DNA from: Octopus bimaculoides
Taxonomy: Eukaryota
Assembly: GCF_001194135.2 (NCBI RefSeq)
Contig: NC_068985.1
Span: 33,713,029-33,777,028, forward strand
Reading direction: 5' to 3'
DNA: 64,000 bases
Positions 13,028-25,425 of the stretch are shown here, in pieces. The notes beneath the pieces were generated by a model. That model made no database searches. It saw only the letters and a program-made list of their open reading frames with translations, and was not told the origin of the DNA. A program made the position numbers and the translations under genes. The first letter of the stretch is position 1, and every line of letters starts with the position of its first letter.

Positions 13028-13212
13028 CAGAGTTCACAAAAAAACAACAGACAAGGCAGGTGGTGTAGAAAACAAATAGATATATTAGTATAACACTCGG
13101 GAATTGAAAAAGTCTTTAACGTTTCAAGCCTACGCTCTTCCACGGAAAGGAACACAGAAGGAAACAAGGAGAGAAAAAAGTGTGTGTAGTGGTCAGCGAT
13201 CTATCATGGCAA
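13026..13212 (-). mobile_element. Short PLE-type 3'-end element inserted in (TA)n, with variant hammerhead-like motif
   Basis: Flanked by TA repeats; reverse complement of 13112-13150 reads CTTT-CCGTGGA-A-GAGC-GTAG-GCTT-GAAACGTT-AAAG. Confidence 0.55.
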
Positions 13213-13273
13213 ATGTATATATATATATACAATTAGACCTTGGGAGAGGCATTATGCTGGTAATAGACATACG

Positions 13274-13352
<79 letters not shown>

Positions 13353-13509
13353 TATATATGTATATATATATATATATATACATACGCATACATATATATA
13401 CACATACATATATATATATATACATACATGTATATTCATATATATATATATGTAAATATATATATATATATGTAAATATATATATATATATGTAAATATA
13501 TATATATAT

Positions 13510-14290
13510 NNNNNNNNNNNNNNNNNNNNNNNNNNNNNNNNNNNNNNNNNNNNNNNNNNNNNNNNNNNNNNNNNNNNNNNNNNNNNNNNNNNNNNNNNNN
13601 NNNNNNNNNNNNNNNNNNNNNNNNNNNNNNNNNNNNNNNNNNNNNNNNNNNNNNNNNNNNNNNNNNNNNNNNNNNNNNNNNNNNNNNNNNNNNNNNNNNN
13701 NNNNNNNNNNNNNNNNNNNNNNNNNNNNNNNNNNNNNNNNNNNNNNNNNNNNNNNNNNNNNNNNNNNNNNNNNNNNNNNNNNNNNNNNNNNNNNNNNNNN
13801 NNNNNNNNNNNNNNNNNNNNNNNNNNNNNNNNNNNNNNNNNNNNNNNNNNNNNNNNNNNNNNNNNNNNNNNNNNNNNNNNNNNNNNNNNNNNNNNNNNNN
13901 NNNNNNNNNNNNNNNNNNNNNNNNNNNNNNNNNNNNNNNNNNNNNNNNNNNNNNNNNNNNNNNNNNNNNNNNNNNNNNNNNNNNNNNNNNNNNNNNNNNN
14001 NNNNNNNNNNNNNNNNNNNNNNNNNNNNNNNNNNNNNNNNNNNNNNNNNNNNNNNNNNNNNNNNNNNNNNNNNNNNNNNNNNNNNNNNNNNNNNNNNNNN
14101 NNNNNNNNNNNNNNNNNNNNNNNNNNNNNNNNNNNNNNNNNNNNNNNNNNNNNNNNNNNNNNNNNNNNNNNNNNNNNNNNNNNNNNNNNNNNNNNNNNNN
14201 NNNNNNNNNNNNNNNNNNNNNNNNNNNNNNNNNNNNNNNNNNNNNNNNNNNNNNNNNNNNNNNNNNNNNNNNNNNNNNNNNNNNNNNNNN
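13510..14290. other. Assembly gap (largest). Others: 1663-1886, 14694-14703, 17446-17862, 18660-18845, 23328-23611, 31232-31438
   Basis: Runs of N, almost all bordered by (TA)n tracts. Confidence 1.
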
Positions 14291-14729
14291 ATATATATAT
14301 ATATATATACTATTTTACTATTTTAAAATGTTTCAGCTGCAAACCTGCGGTCAAGCTGGAGTGCCACTGTTGGCTAAGCTACCCCATTATTTGGAACCTC
14401 TTCTGATATGTGGCATTTGGTCAATGAGGGATTTTGATGCTGCTGCCCTCATCTGTGCTTCCTACCATGAGGTAGGCTCATCTGGAACCCATAACAGGAA
14501 GAGATCTAGTTTTGTTTTAAAGACACTTACAACAACACCATGCAGGTCTCTCAGGCATTTTGGAAGGATATTAAAGAGCTGAAGCCCAAGCTGTTGCAGT
14601 ATCTGGTCCTGTATTTTGATGGCAAAGCTTGGATCTTTGGCACTATGCAGTGGTGCCCCATTCTGCAGTTTGCGTAACTTTCAATGCCAAAGTNNNNNNN
14701 NNNATATATATATATATATACTATTTTAC

Positions 14730-15405
14730 TATTTTAAAATGTTTCAGCTGCAAACCTGCGGTCAAGCTGGAGTGCCACTGTTGGCTAAGCTACCCCATTA
14801 TTTGGAACCTCTTCTGATATGTGGCATTTGGTCAATGAGGGATTTTGATGCTGCTGCCCTCATCTGTGCTTCCTACCATGAGGTAGGCTCATCTGGAACC
14901 CATAACAGGAAGAGATCTAGTTTTGTTTTAAAGACACTTACAACAACACCATGCAGGTCTCTCAGGCATTTTGGAAGGATATTAAAGAGCTGAAGCCCAA
15001 GCTGTTGCAGTATCTGGTCCTGTATTTTGATGGCAAAGCTTGGATCTTTGGCACTATGCAGTGGTGCCCCATTCTGCAGTTTGCGTAACTTTCAATGCCA
15101 AAGTTTGGTACAAGGTCTTCTAGGATTTTCCAGATGTATATTACTGCATATTTCTCCCGCCTTCATTCCAGGGAGAAGAGTTTTAATTCTATAAGTCTTT
15201 CCCAGTAGCTGACATGTTCCATCGAGATGATTTTCTTAATGTAGCTTCGTTGGATTGCTTCAAGTTCCACCATGGATTTTTTATTGTGTGGTGACCATAG
15301 TTGCGAGCACTAGCCTGAGTGGCTGAGAATGTATGTTGTCCAAAGGATCATCAATGTCCCCTTGTTTTGAAATTTAAGAGGATCCAGCCAGCCAGCCATC
15401 TACAT
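14730..15405 (-). mobile_element. CR1-group LINE 3' end (its 3' part is duplicated at 14320-14693 across a 10-N gap)
   Basis: Minus strand gives CSQLWSP, ELEAIQRSY.KKI, RYAVIYIWKILE-like and TRYCNSLG motifs; homologous to 16300-17270. Confidence 0.8.
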
Positions 15406-15429
15406 TTTATTACTATATATATCCATTGT

Positions 15430-15972
15430 AAATCAGCTTAAGTACCCAAGACAACAAACACGCTGAACACACAGAAAACCCAGCAACACATGCTTCCTTA
15501 AAATACCCCATTTTAGTGAGAGGATAACTACAGCCATCTGAAGAGCCATAAGAAAAGAAGAGCTAGACATACAACTAGCCCACTCCAGTCCCTCTCTGAG
15601 AAAACATCTCACAAAGAAACGACAAGGGACAGCAATCAATGCACACTAGCTAACTGCTCCATCCATGACACAGATTTATGCCAATGGGTAAATGTTGTGT
15701 ATAGAATACAACATAAGAAATGCAACAAGTTCTATGTGAGTAGCACAACAAGACCGTTACACATTCGCATCAAAGAACATCTGAACACGAGAGCCTCTTC
15801 CTTCAGAAAACATCTAGACAGATGCCGGAACACTAACAAAAGCATAACAGTCACAATTGAGGCCAATGAAAGAAATTTGGGTAATTTAAGAATTAAGGAA
15901 GCTATCCTCATAGACAGATTAGGGCCCCAAATTAACAACAAGCTGGAGGCTGGCAGTCAGTATATTATTTAG
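15430..15972 (+). mobile_element. Penelope-like element fragment, linker plus GIY-YIG endonuclease
   Basis: LKIPHFSERITTAI*RAIRKEELDIQLAH, then VVYRIQHKKCNKFYVSSTTRPLHIRIKEHL...LRIKEAILI...PQINNKLE. Confidence 0.85.
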
Positions 15973-16299
15973 TTACGTCAGGATGTGTGTAGGTTCATTT
16001 TTTATAACATGCTCATGTATCATTTTTAAAAAAAGTAAGAAGGAAAAAGAAAAAAAAGAAATTGCACCTACAGTACTTAGAAGCAGTGCCACAGATGTGC
16101 CAACACACACAAGCTTGAGACATGGCCGCCCTCATGCACTTCCCATGAGGAATTCCAGAAGGACTTTATGAGACCACTGCAGAGATGCTTCTAAGAGAAA
16201 AAAAAAATCTCAGCCACCATTGGAAAACTAATTATAGCAGTGACTAGAACAATTCTTATAGATATCTGAAAAAGGAATTTTTGTATTCAAAAATATTAT

Positions 16300-17270
16300 T
16301 TTCTCAGATAGAAACCTGTCCAGACGTTCCTTGAAAACTTCCACATCAACACCATGTAGATCTCTAAGATTGTCTGGAAGGATGTTGAACAATTGTGGGC
16401 CCTTGAAACCCAAACTATTGTAGTATTGTGTCCTTATTTTAGATGGGGAAGATGGGATCTTTGGTATATTGCAGTGCCATCTAGTTCGAGGATTTGTATA
16501 CCTGTCAATTCCAAAATTGGGGGCTAAACTCTCTAATATCTTCCAAATATATACCACTGCATATCTCTCTTGTCTTCTCTCCAGGGAATAGACTCAGCAC
16601 TTTTAGCCTTTCCCAGTAGCCCATCTTTTGCATCGAGTCAATCTTCTTTGTGTATTGGCACTGGATTGCTTCGAGTTCCACAGTTTGTTTCACACTCTCT
16701 GGGGACCATAGTTGTGAGTAGTAGTCCAAGTAGCTGAGAATGAAAGTCTTCCATATGAGTAGCAGAGCTTCCCTTTTCCTAGTTCTGAATGTCATCAGAA
16801 TCCAGCCAGCCACTCGCATGCATAGTGTTGCCATCTTGGTAATAAGCACATGGAATGTTGCATCATTGCTCATGTGAACCCCCAGGTCACGCACCAACTC
16901 TGACTCTGCGACCATATTACCGTCTGGTCCAGTGAATTCCAATTTTAGCCTGGTGTTGGACCAATAGTGGTGTGCCTGAAATTTTTTAGCATTGAACTGC
17001 ATGTTATTTTTGTTAGCCCATTTGTAGATTTCGTTCAGGTCTTTCTGCAGTTTTATGATGTCCTCTGGGTTCCTAACTGCCTGCAATATTTTTGTGTCAT
17101 CAGCATAACTGGTTAGATCGGTTGACTGTACTGCAGTGCATGTCTGAGAGGGCCACCACAAATAGTAGTGGCCCCAGTACAGTTCCCTGTGGGACTCTGC
17201 TTAGAATTGGTGTCTCTTCAGAGTGGGCACCATTGGCTACAACTGTCTGACTCCTGCCCTTCAGAAAATC
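16300..17270 (-). mobile_element. CR1-group LINE, RT core to C-terminus (frameshifted)
   Basis: QGTVLGPLLF, SYADDTK, NMQFNAKKF, VRDLGV, YYSQLWSP, WERLKVL across ORFs 16505-17161 and 16228-16557. Confidence 0.9.
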
Positions 17271-17344
17271 ATGTAGCTACTCTCCCAATTTCCTGGTAAT
17301 ACCAAGGTTTCACAGCTTGTGACATATATACATATGTATATATG

Positions 17345-17397
<53 letters not shown>

Positions 17398-17862
17398 ATA
17401 TATGTATGTATGTGTGTATATATGTATGTATGTGTGTATATATGTNNNNNNNNNNNNNNNNNNNNNNNNNNNNNNNNNNNNNNNNNNNNNNNNNNNNNNN
17501 NNNNNNNNNNNNNNNNNNNNNNNNNNNNNNNNNNNNNNNNNNNNNNNNNNNNNNNNNNNNNNNNNNNNNNNNNNNNNNNNNNNNNNNNNNNNNNNNNNNN
17601 NNNNNNNNNNNNNNNNNNNNNNNNNNNNNNNNNNNNNNNNNNNNNNNNNNNNNNNNNNNNNNNNNNNNNNNNNNNNNNNNNNNNNNNNNNNNNNNNNNNN
17701 NNNNNNNNNNNNNNNNNNNNNNNNNNNNNNNNNNNNNNNNNNNNNNNNNNNNNNNNNNNNNNNNNNNNNNNNNNNNNNNNNNNNNNNNNNNNNNNNNNNN
17801 NNNNNNNNNNNNNNNNNNNNNNNNNNNNNNNNNNNNNNNNNNNNNNNNNNNNNNNNNNNNNN

Positions 17863-17907
<45 letters not shown>

Positions 17908-17910
17908 GTA

Positions 17911-18569
17911 TGCCTCACCAAGGCAATGACTAGTGACCGAGACCTTTGGAATTTTGCACAACGTGAGAAGACACGGCAAGCCAAGTGAGACCATAATCCG
18001 TGGCCTCTGCCAGGGGTGTAGCCAGCCCACTTATTCATACCTTTACTTCATTGGACACTAAACTCTGCTTGCGAAGACCTGTTGGAGCAAGTGAAATCGA
18101 AATCGTAATTGAACCAAATTCAATGAGTGGCACCTGTGCCAGTGGAGTGCTAACAGCACCATCCAAGCGTGATCATTGTCAGAGCAGCTGTCTGGCTTTC
18201 GTGTCAGTGGCCCGTAAATAGCACCGTTCGAGCGGGATCGTTACCAGCATCACCTTACTGGCACTTGTGTTGTTGGCACATGAAAAAACATTCAAGCAAG
18301 GTCGTTGCCAGTGCCGCTGGACTGGCTCCTGTGCAGGTGGCACATAAAAAACACCATTTTGAGCGTGGCCATTGCCAGTACTACCTGACTGGCACATAAA
18401 CGCACCCACTACACTCTTGGAGTGCTTGGCGTTAGGAAGGGCATCCAGCTATAGAAACTCTGCCAGATCAGATTGGAGCCTGGTGCAGCCTTCATCAGTC
18501 CTCAGTCAAATCGTCCAACCCATGCTTGCATGGAAAGCAGACGTTAAACAATGATGAGGATGATGATGA
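17911..18569 (+). mobile_element. RTE LINE 3' end (last codons, 3'UTR, (GAT)n tail)
   Basis: AMTSDRDLWNFAQREKTRQAK* then a 3'UTR homologous to 18941-19530 (reverse); ends AAACAATGATGAGGATGATGATGAT. Confidence 0.85.
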
Positions 18570-18622
18570 TATATATATATATATGCATATGTATATGTAT
18601 GGGTATATATATATGTATATGT

Positions 18623-18659
<37 letters not shown>

Positions 18660-18900
18660 NNNNNNNNNNNNNNNNNNNNNNNNNNNNNNNNNNNNNNNNN
18701 NNNNNNNNNNNNNNNNNNNNNNNNNNNNNNNNNNNNNNNNNNNNNNNNNNNNNNNNNNNNNNNNNNNNNNNNNNNNNNNNNNNNNNNNNNNNNNNNNNNN
18801 NNNNNNNNNNNNNNNNNNNNNNNNNNNNNNNNNNNNNNNNNNNNNATATATGTATATATATGTATGTATGTATATATATGTATGTATGTATATATGTATG

Positions 18901-18940
<40 letters not shown>

Positions 18941-18943
<3 letters not shown>

Positions 18944-19790
18944 TCATCATCATCATCATCATTTAACATCTGCTTTCCATGCTGGCATGAGGACTGGTGA
19001 GCCAGAAGGCTGCACTGGGCTCCAATCTGATCTAGCAAAGTTTCTACAGCTGGATGCCCTTCCTAATGCCAACCACTCCGAAAGCGTAGTCGAAGCTTTT
19101 ACATGCCACCTGCATGAGAGCCAGTCAGGAGGTACTGGCAACGATCACGCTAAGAAGGTGTTTTTTATGTGCCACCTGCATGGGAGCCAGTCTGGCAGCA
19201 CTGGCAATGATCACGCTTGAATGCTGTTTTCGACGTGCCACTGGCGCATGTGCCGGTAAGGCAACACTGGCAACGATCATACTTGAATGGCGCTTTTAAC
19301 ATTTCACTGGCACAAGTGCCAATCAGGCAGTACTGTCATCAGCCACGTCAGCAATTTTGATTTTGATTTCACTTGCTTCAACAGGTCTTCACAAAGAATG
19401 AAGGGTACTCATAAGTGGGCTGGTTATATACCACTGGCATAAGCCATGGGTTATGGTCTCACTTGGCTTGTTGGGTCTTCTCAAGCACAGCATATTTCCA
19501 AAGGTCTTGGTCACTAGTCATTGCCTCAGAAAGGCCCAATGTTCGAAGGTCATGCTTCCCCACCTCATCCCAGGTCTTCCTGGGTCTGCCTCTTCCACAG
19601 GTTCCGTCAACTGCTAGGGTGTGACACTTTTTCACACAGCTGTCCTCATTCATTCGCAACACATGATGATACCAGCGCAGTTGTCTCTCTTGCACACCAC
19701 ATCTGATGCTTCTTAAGTCCAACTTTTTACACATCCAGCGGAACATACTGGCTTCATTCCTTGCTAGCTTACGCATGTCCTCAGCAGTCA
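18941..19790 (-). mobile_element. RTE LINE 3' end
   Basis: ARNEASMFRWMC...ERQLRWYHHVLRM...GRGRPRKTW...DLW (RTE C-terminus), 3'UTR and (CAT)n tail on the + strand. Confidence 0.9.
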
Positions 19791-20070
19791 CCGCCCATGC
19801 ACCACTTTTAACTTTTTCAATATATTTAATTGTGTTAGAGAGAGAGTGTGTGTGTGAGTGCGTGCATTTCTTTATTTTGATATCATGAGATAATTGTGAA
19901 TGTAATACAAGCAATGTCATTAATTTCAAATGTCCTGCAGAAACATGTCTTTCCATGGAAATAAGTGACTGTTTGTCACAGGAAGAGCATCTAACCATAA
20001 AAAATCTGCCTCAATAAACACCATACAACCTCTACTAGCTTGAAAAGGTGCATGTTAAAACGATGAGGTA

Positions 20071-20137
<67 letters not shown>

Positions 20138-20871
20138 CCAGCATCAGCATCATTTAACATCCCTATATTCCATGCACCCATGGGTTGGATGGTTTGATAG
20201 GACCCAGCTATCCTGAGGGCTGCACTGGTCTCCAGTGTCTGTTTTGGCAAGGTTTCTGTGGCTGGATGCTCTTTTTAATGCCAACCATTTTACAGAGCAT
20301 ATTGGGTATTTTTTTCATAGTACCATCTGTAGTAAAGATGATAAGTAACTCACAAGACAAAACCCATTGACAGAGTAGAGGCGCAGTATTGAGGGTGATG
20401 GCTTTTGTGTTAATTGTTACTGTTAACAGGAAAAGCAGAAAAACTGCCTTAACAAGCTTTGTCTGACCTATATAGTGTGTGTGTGTGTACACACACACAC
20501 ACATGATGGCAATTTCTTTGTGTCTGAAGATCATGAGAGAGCAGCATGCCCTGAAGTAATTATGTAAACTGATCCTTTATGCTCCTGCATACACTCAGTA
20601 GTTTTAAAGTGAGAGTCAGTCCATACAATTTTTAAGTTAGAGATCTGTCTACAATGGCTTTGCTGGCTCAGCAAGCTGTGGGATTTACATTGGAGTAGCC
20701 TTCTTGGTAAATTGCCTTACAAGGCTGGGGAGCTCCACCTACCCTGGAGTTGCCAGAAGGGTTTCAAAGAGGCTACCAGACAGCCTGACGGATTCCAATC
20801 CTTGATTTGCTGTTAAAGTTAACTCTCCAAGCTTTATTCCTTCCCCAAGGCACTCACAAGTCAGTGAGAAT

Positions 20872-22990
20872 GTATATATGGAGAGAGTAGAGCTTCAAGG
20901 CTTTAAGGTGGTCCCAGTAATCAAGATCAGTCATGCCTTCAATTCGTTTAGTGAGTGCCCTCTGAGGTGATTCAATCCTCGAGATGTTTTGTTTTGTATG
21001 GGGAGACCACAAGGGGCAGCAGTATTTGAGGTATGGCCGTACAAAGGAGGAGAAAAGTGGAATGATGACACCTTGTTCTCTGGACCGGAAGGTTCTTAAG
21101 ATCCAGGAGCTCATCCTACAAGCTATATTGACCTTATTGTTGATGTGGGCACTCCAATTGAGATTGTTGTCAACCATTACACCCAGATCTCTGATATTAT
21201 TGGATGCCGTGAGCAGTTCCCCTGAAGGAAGAGAATATGGCTGTTTTAGTATAAACTTTCTTCCAAAATGCATCAGCTTAAATTTTCCCTTGTTCAGTTT
21301 CATTTTGTTTTTGTCTAACCATTGACTCACAGCATATAAATCAGACTGGAGTTGAGTTTGGTCTTCTCCTTCATTGATGATTTGCTGGAGCTTAGTGTCA
21401 TCAGCAAATATTTTCACTTTGCAGTGATTTACGATGCTGGAAAGGTCATTTATGTAAATTATAAAGAGGAGCGGGCCCAAGACAGTCCCCTGAGGGACAC
21501 CACTGGTAACTTTTGCTGGGCTTGAATGGTCTCCATCAACCACAACTCCTTGTGTTCTATTCTCCAGGAAATATCTAATCCAGTGTAGAAGTTTTCTATG
21601 GATTCCAGCATTTGCCAATTTTGTGAGTAAGATATTATGGTCAACCCTGTCGAACGCTTTACTGAAGTCAAGATATATGACATCAGTGTTCGAACCTGTT
21701 CCTAAGGCTTTAAGTATATCTTCAATATGGTGTAAGAGCTGTGTTAGACAGTCCCTGCCACAGCGAAAGCCATGCTGGTTTGCATTTAGGAGTTTGTGGG
21801 TCTCCAGGGAGTCAGCTATCCTTGATCTTACCACTCTTTCAAACACTTTAATGATGTGGGAGGTGAGTGAGATTGGGCGATAGTTGACTGTGAGGGATCT
21901 GTTTCCCTGTTTGAAAACCAGGATGACAGACTGGGAAAGAAGCTGTTTTGGTATATAACCTGAATCTAAAGAGTTTCTCCAGAGGTTGGTCAGAGGGACT
22001 GCAAATTGGTGTCTACATTCCTTCAGGAGACTTGCGGGGAATCTATCAGGGCCTACAGCAGAATAGTATTTGACCTCATTTATTACTGCTATGATGTCTG
22101 AAGCAGAGAAGGTTATGTCCGAGATTTTATGTTGGGAATCAACTTGGTTCGCTTCTCTTACGTCAATATCAGTGGGATCACTAAAGACAGAGCAGTATTG
22201 TTTCTGCAGTATTTCTGCCATTTCTTTAGCATCGTGTTGGGGAATGTCATTATCATCAATCAATGACCCAATGGGTGAGACAGCAGTTCTATTCTTATTT
22301 TCATAAGAATAAAACCCGTTTGGGTTCTGTTTGATGTTTTTGATTACCCATTGTTCTTCCGCAGCTCTTTGATTTTCAATGGAGGTTTTCATGTCGGCCT
22401 GCAGATGAAGTTTTTCCAACTCCAGCTTTTTCATTGTTGTTGAATGTGGATGTTGTATGTGGGAGTATTTTAAATGATTGATTTCTTTTATTGAGTCTTT
22501 TGATGCATCTGAAGAGTGTTTTTTTCTTTCTCAGGGGCCAGTTTCTGTTTGTGTTAGTGGATTTCGTAGAAGCGTGTTTTGAGCATGTATAGGTGACAAT
22601 ATTCTCAAAGTGTTGCCATGCAGTCTCAATGTGAGTGGAACTGAGAGTGTAAGACCAATCAATAAAGGACAGATCCTTTCTGATAGCTCCCCAGTCTGCT
22701 TTGTGGAAGTTTATGTTGTCAAATGAGTGCCGTGGAGCGGGATTGGCTGGTTTGGTTTTGATATGCTTGGAATTAAAATTGCAGAGTATCATGTCGTGGT
22801 CTGTGAGGAGAGTTTTCTCAACTGAAATACTGTGAACGGAGCTAGAGTGGTTGGTTAATATTAGATCCAAGATCGTTTTATTCTGTCTTGTTGGTTCGAG
22901 CACTAGCTGAGTCAGGAAGAATTTATCCGTCAGATTAAAGAGTATTTCTGCTGCTGCTTTATCTAATGTAGAACATCTGCCTAACTTCAG
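20872..22990 (-). mobile_element. CR1-group LINE ORF2 (APE end plus RT), truncated both ends, one frameshift near 22.4 kb
   Basis: PTRQNKTILDLILTN...TDHDMI (APE end); YRPISLTS, QHGFR, YLDFSKAFDRVDH, GVPQGTVLGPLLF, FADDTK, DLGV (RT); ORFs 22376-22903 and 20854-22434. Confidence 0.95.
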
Positions 22991-23611
22991 AGTATTTATT
23001 TATATATAAAACATATCTAACATATATTTCATATGTATACATATAATATACACATTTTGTAGATACTAAATATGGAAATACATTATACATATTCTAAATA
23101 TATATATATATATATATGTGCGGGTGTAGATGGACAGCTGATAATAGTCATAATCATTACTTAAGGTTTCATAGACAAGGATGCAAGTGCCAGATTAATA
23201 AGTTTAACTTCCCAACTACATGGTTTCCAATTCAGCCCCACTGTACGGCACTTTGAGAAAGTATCAACCAAAGCCTTGTGAATGAATTTTACAGAAGGAA
23301 ATTGAAAAGAAAGTGTCATATATATATNNNNNNNNNNNNNNNNNNNNNNNNNNNNNNNNNNNNNNNNNNNNNNNNNNNNNNNNNNNNNNNNNNNNNNNNN
23401 NNNNNNNNNNNNNNNNNNNNNNNNNNNNNNNNNNNNNNNNNNNNNNNNNNNNNNNNNNNNNNNNNNNNNNNNNNNNNNNNNNNNNNNNNNNNNNNNNNNN
23501 NNNNNNNNNNNNNNNNNNNNNNNNNNNNNNNNNNNNNNNNNNNNNNNNNNNNNNNNNNNNNNNNNNNNNNNNNNNNNNNNNNNNNNNNNNNNNNNNNNNN
23601 NNNNNNNNNNN

Positions 23612-23653
<42 letters not shown>

Positions 23654-23659
23654 TGTGTG

Positions 23660-23945
23660 TGCCTTTGTGTGGCACTCCATCAGTTACAATGACTAGGGTT
23701 CCAGCTGATCCAATCATCAGAACAATCTACTTGTGAAATTAATGTGGAAGTGGCTGAGCACTCCACAAACACATGTACCCTTGACATAATTCTCAGGGAG
23801 ATTCAACATGACACAGAATGTGACAAGGCTGACTCCTTTTGAAATACAGGTACTACTCACTTTTGCCAGCTGGGTGGACCAGTGCAATGTGAAATAAAGT
23901 GTCTTGCTCAAGGATACAAGTCAAATGCCCTAACTACTAAGCCAA
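23660..23945 (-). mobile_element. tRNA-derived SINE family D, 3' part
   Basis: Reverse complement of the 3' half of the copy at 29920-30243 (GTACCCTT...TCCAGCTGATCC...TGGCACTCC). Confidence 0.7.
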
Positions 23946-24413
23946 ACGCCTTCACACATACACACACACACACATACACACATGCATACACACACATACA
24001 TACACACATACATACATACATATACACACATACATACACACACATATATACACACACATACATGCACATATATATATACACACAAATACATACACACACA
24101 TACACATGCATACACATACATACACATACATACACACATACATACAAACACACACATATATATATATACACACACACATATATGCACACATACATACACA
24201 CATACATACACACACATACACACACACATACACACACATGCATACATATATACACATACATACTCACACACATATATACATATATACACACATATATATA
24301 TATACATATATATAAATACATACATATGTAAATATATATATATACATATATAAATATATATATATGTATATATATATATTTATATACATAAATATATATT
24401 TATATATGTATGT

Positions 24414-24481
<68 letters not shown>

Positions 24482-24769
24482 TCTGTCAGTTAAACGAGCA
24501 GCCACAGTAACTTATGATGCTGATGATATTATCATTGAGAAGTAAAGTCATACGCTATGTTGCAAAGTTATCTGCATGCAGGATGGAGAAAACTGCATGG
24601 AATTTAATGGTGGAAAAACTTAAAACTTTTGCTTTCAGCCCACAAGCATACTACCACCAGAATACACAGGAACATGAGGAATTGTAGTTCTTGGGTTTCA
24701 GTTCAGTGTATGACTTGTAAGTAAATATGCATCGTTTCATATAGATGTTACTAAAATGGTAATGTTTTG

Positions 24770-25340
24770 TAGAAGGTTAGCAAATGGATTCTAGGATCAT
24801 TTAGAATGTGCGAGTAAGGAACTATGCTGTTTCTGTGGTGAACATTTTCCTTATCCATCCAGTCTTTTGTTCACAGATCCAGTCATCAAACTGTGTTAAA
24901 CTAACACCTGAAGTAGAAGCAATTGTAAGTTGTCACACAAGGAAAATAGCCTCAATGCAACAGCTGGGCTATTAGAGCTGTTGAAAGCCCATAACTCTGC
25001 TCTTTAGAATGAAGATGAGAAAGATATGCAGTGATTCACATGTGGAAGATCCTTGAGCACCAAACTTCAGTACTGAGTGCTATATCAATCATCAAACTGG
25101 TAATTATTGCTTAATGCTGAAGTCCTACCTTTCTCATCATATATTGGAATCAGATACTGCAGCAGCTTAGGGGTCATAAGCTACCAGATTTTCGAAGAGC
25201 TTGAGAAATCTACATGAAAAAGAAGTAAATGTATTTAAGAAACTGCTGAATACTCTATAACCTGGGATCCTAGATAGATTAACATCATGGCATGAAACAC
25301 AAATGAGGACAATGATATCAAACTCTCCCATCCATCAACA
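24770..25340 (+). mobile_element. Highly decayed CR1-group LINE 3' end
   Basis: Residual ERYAVIH.WKILE, IRYCSSLG and EVNVFKKLL motifs matching the copies at 14.7-17.3 kb. Confidence 0.55.
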
Positions 25341-25394
25341 AGGGAAAGAGAGTTGTAGTAACAGTAATATTGGCAGTGCTTGTCTACATGTATG

Positions 25395-25425
<31 letters not shown>

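Noticed and set aside
14291-15104. Apparent tandem duplication of about 400 bp (14291-14693 and 14704-15104)
   Set aside because: The copies look identical and are separated by a 10-N gap; most likely an unmerged contig overlap.
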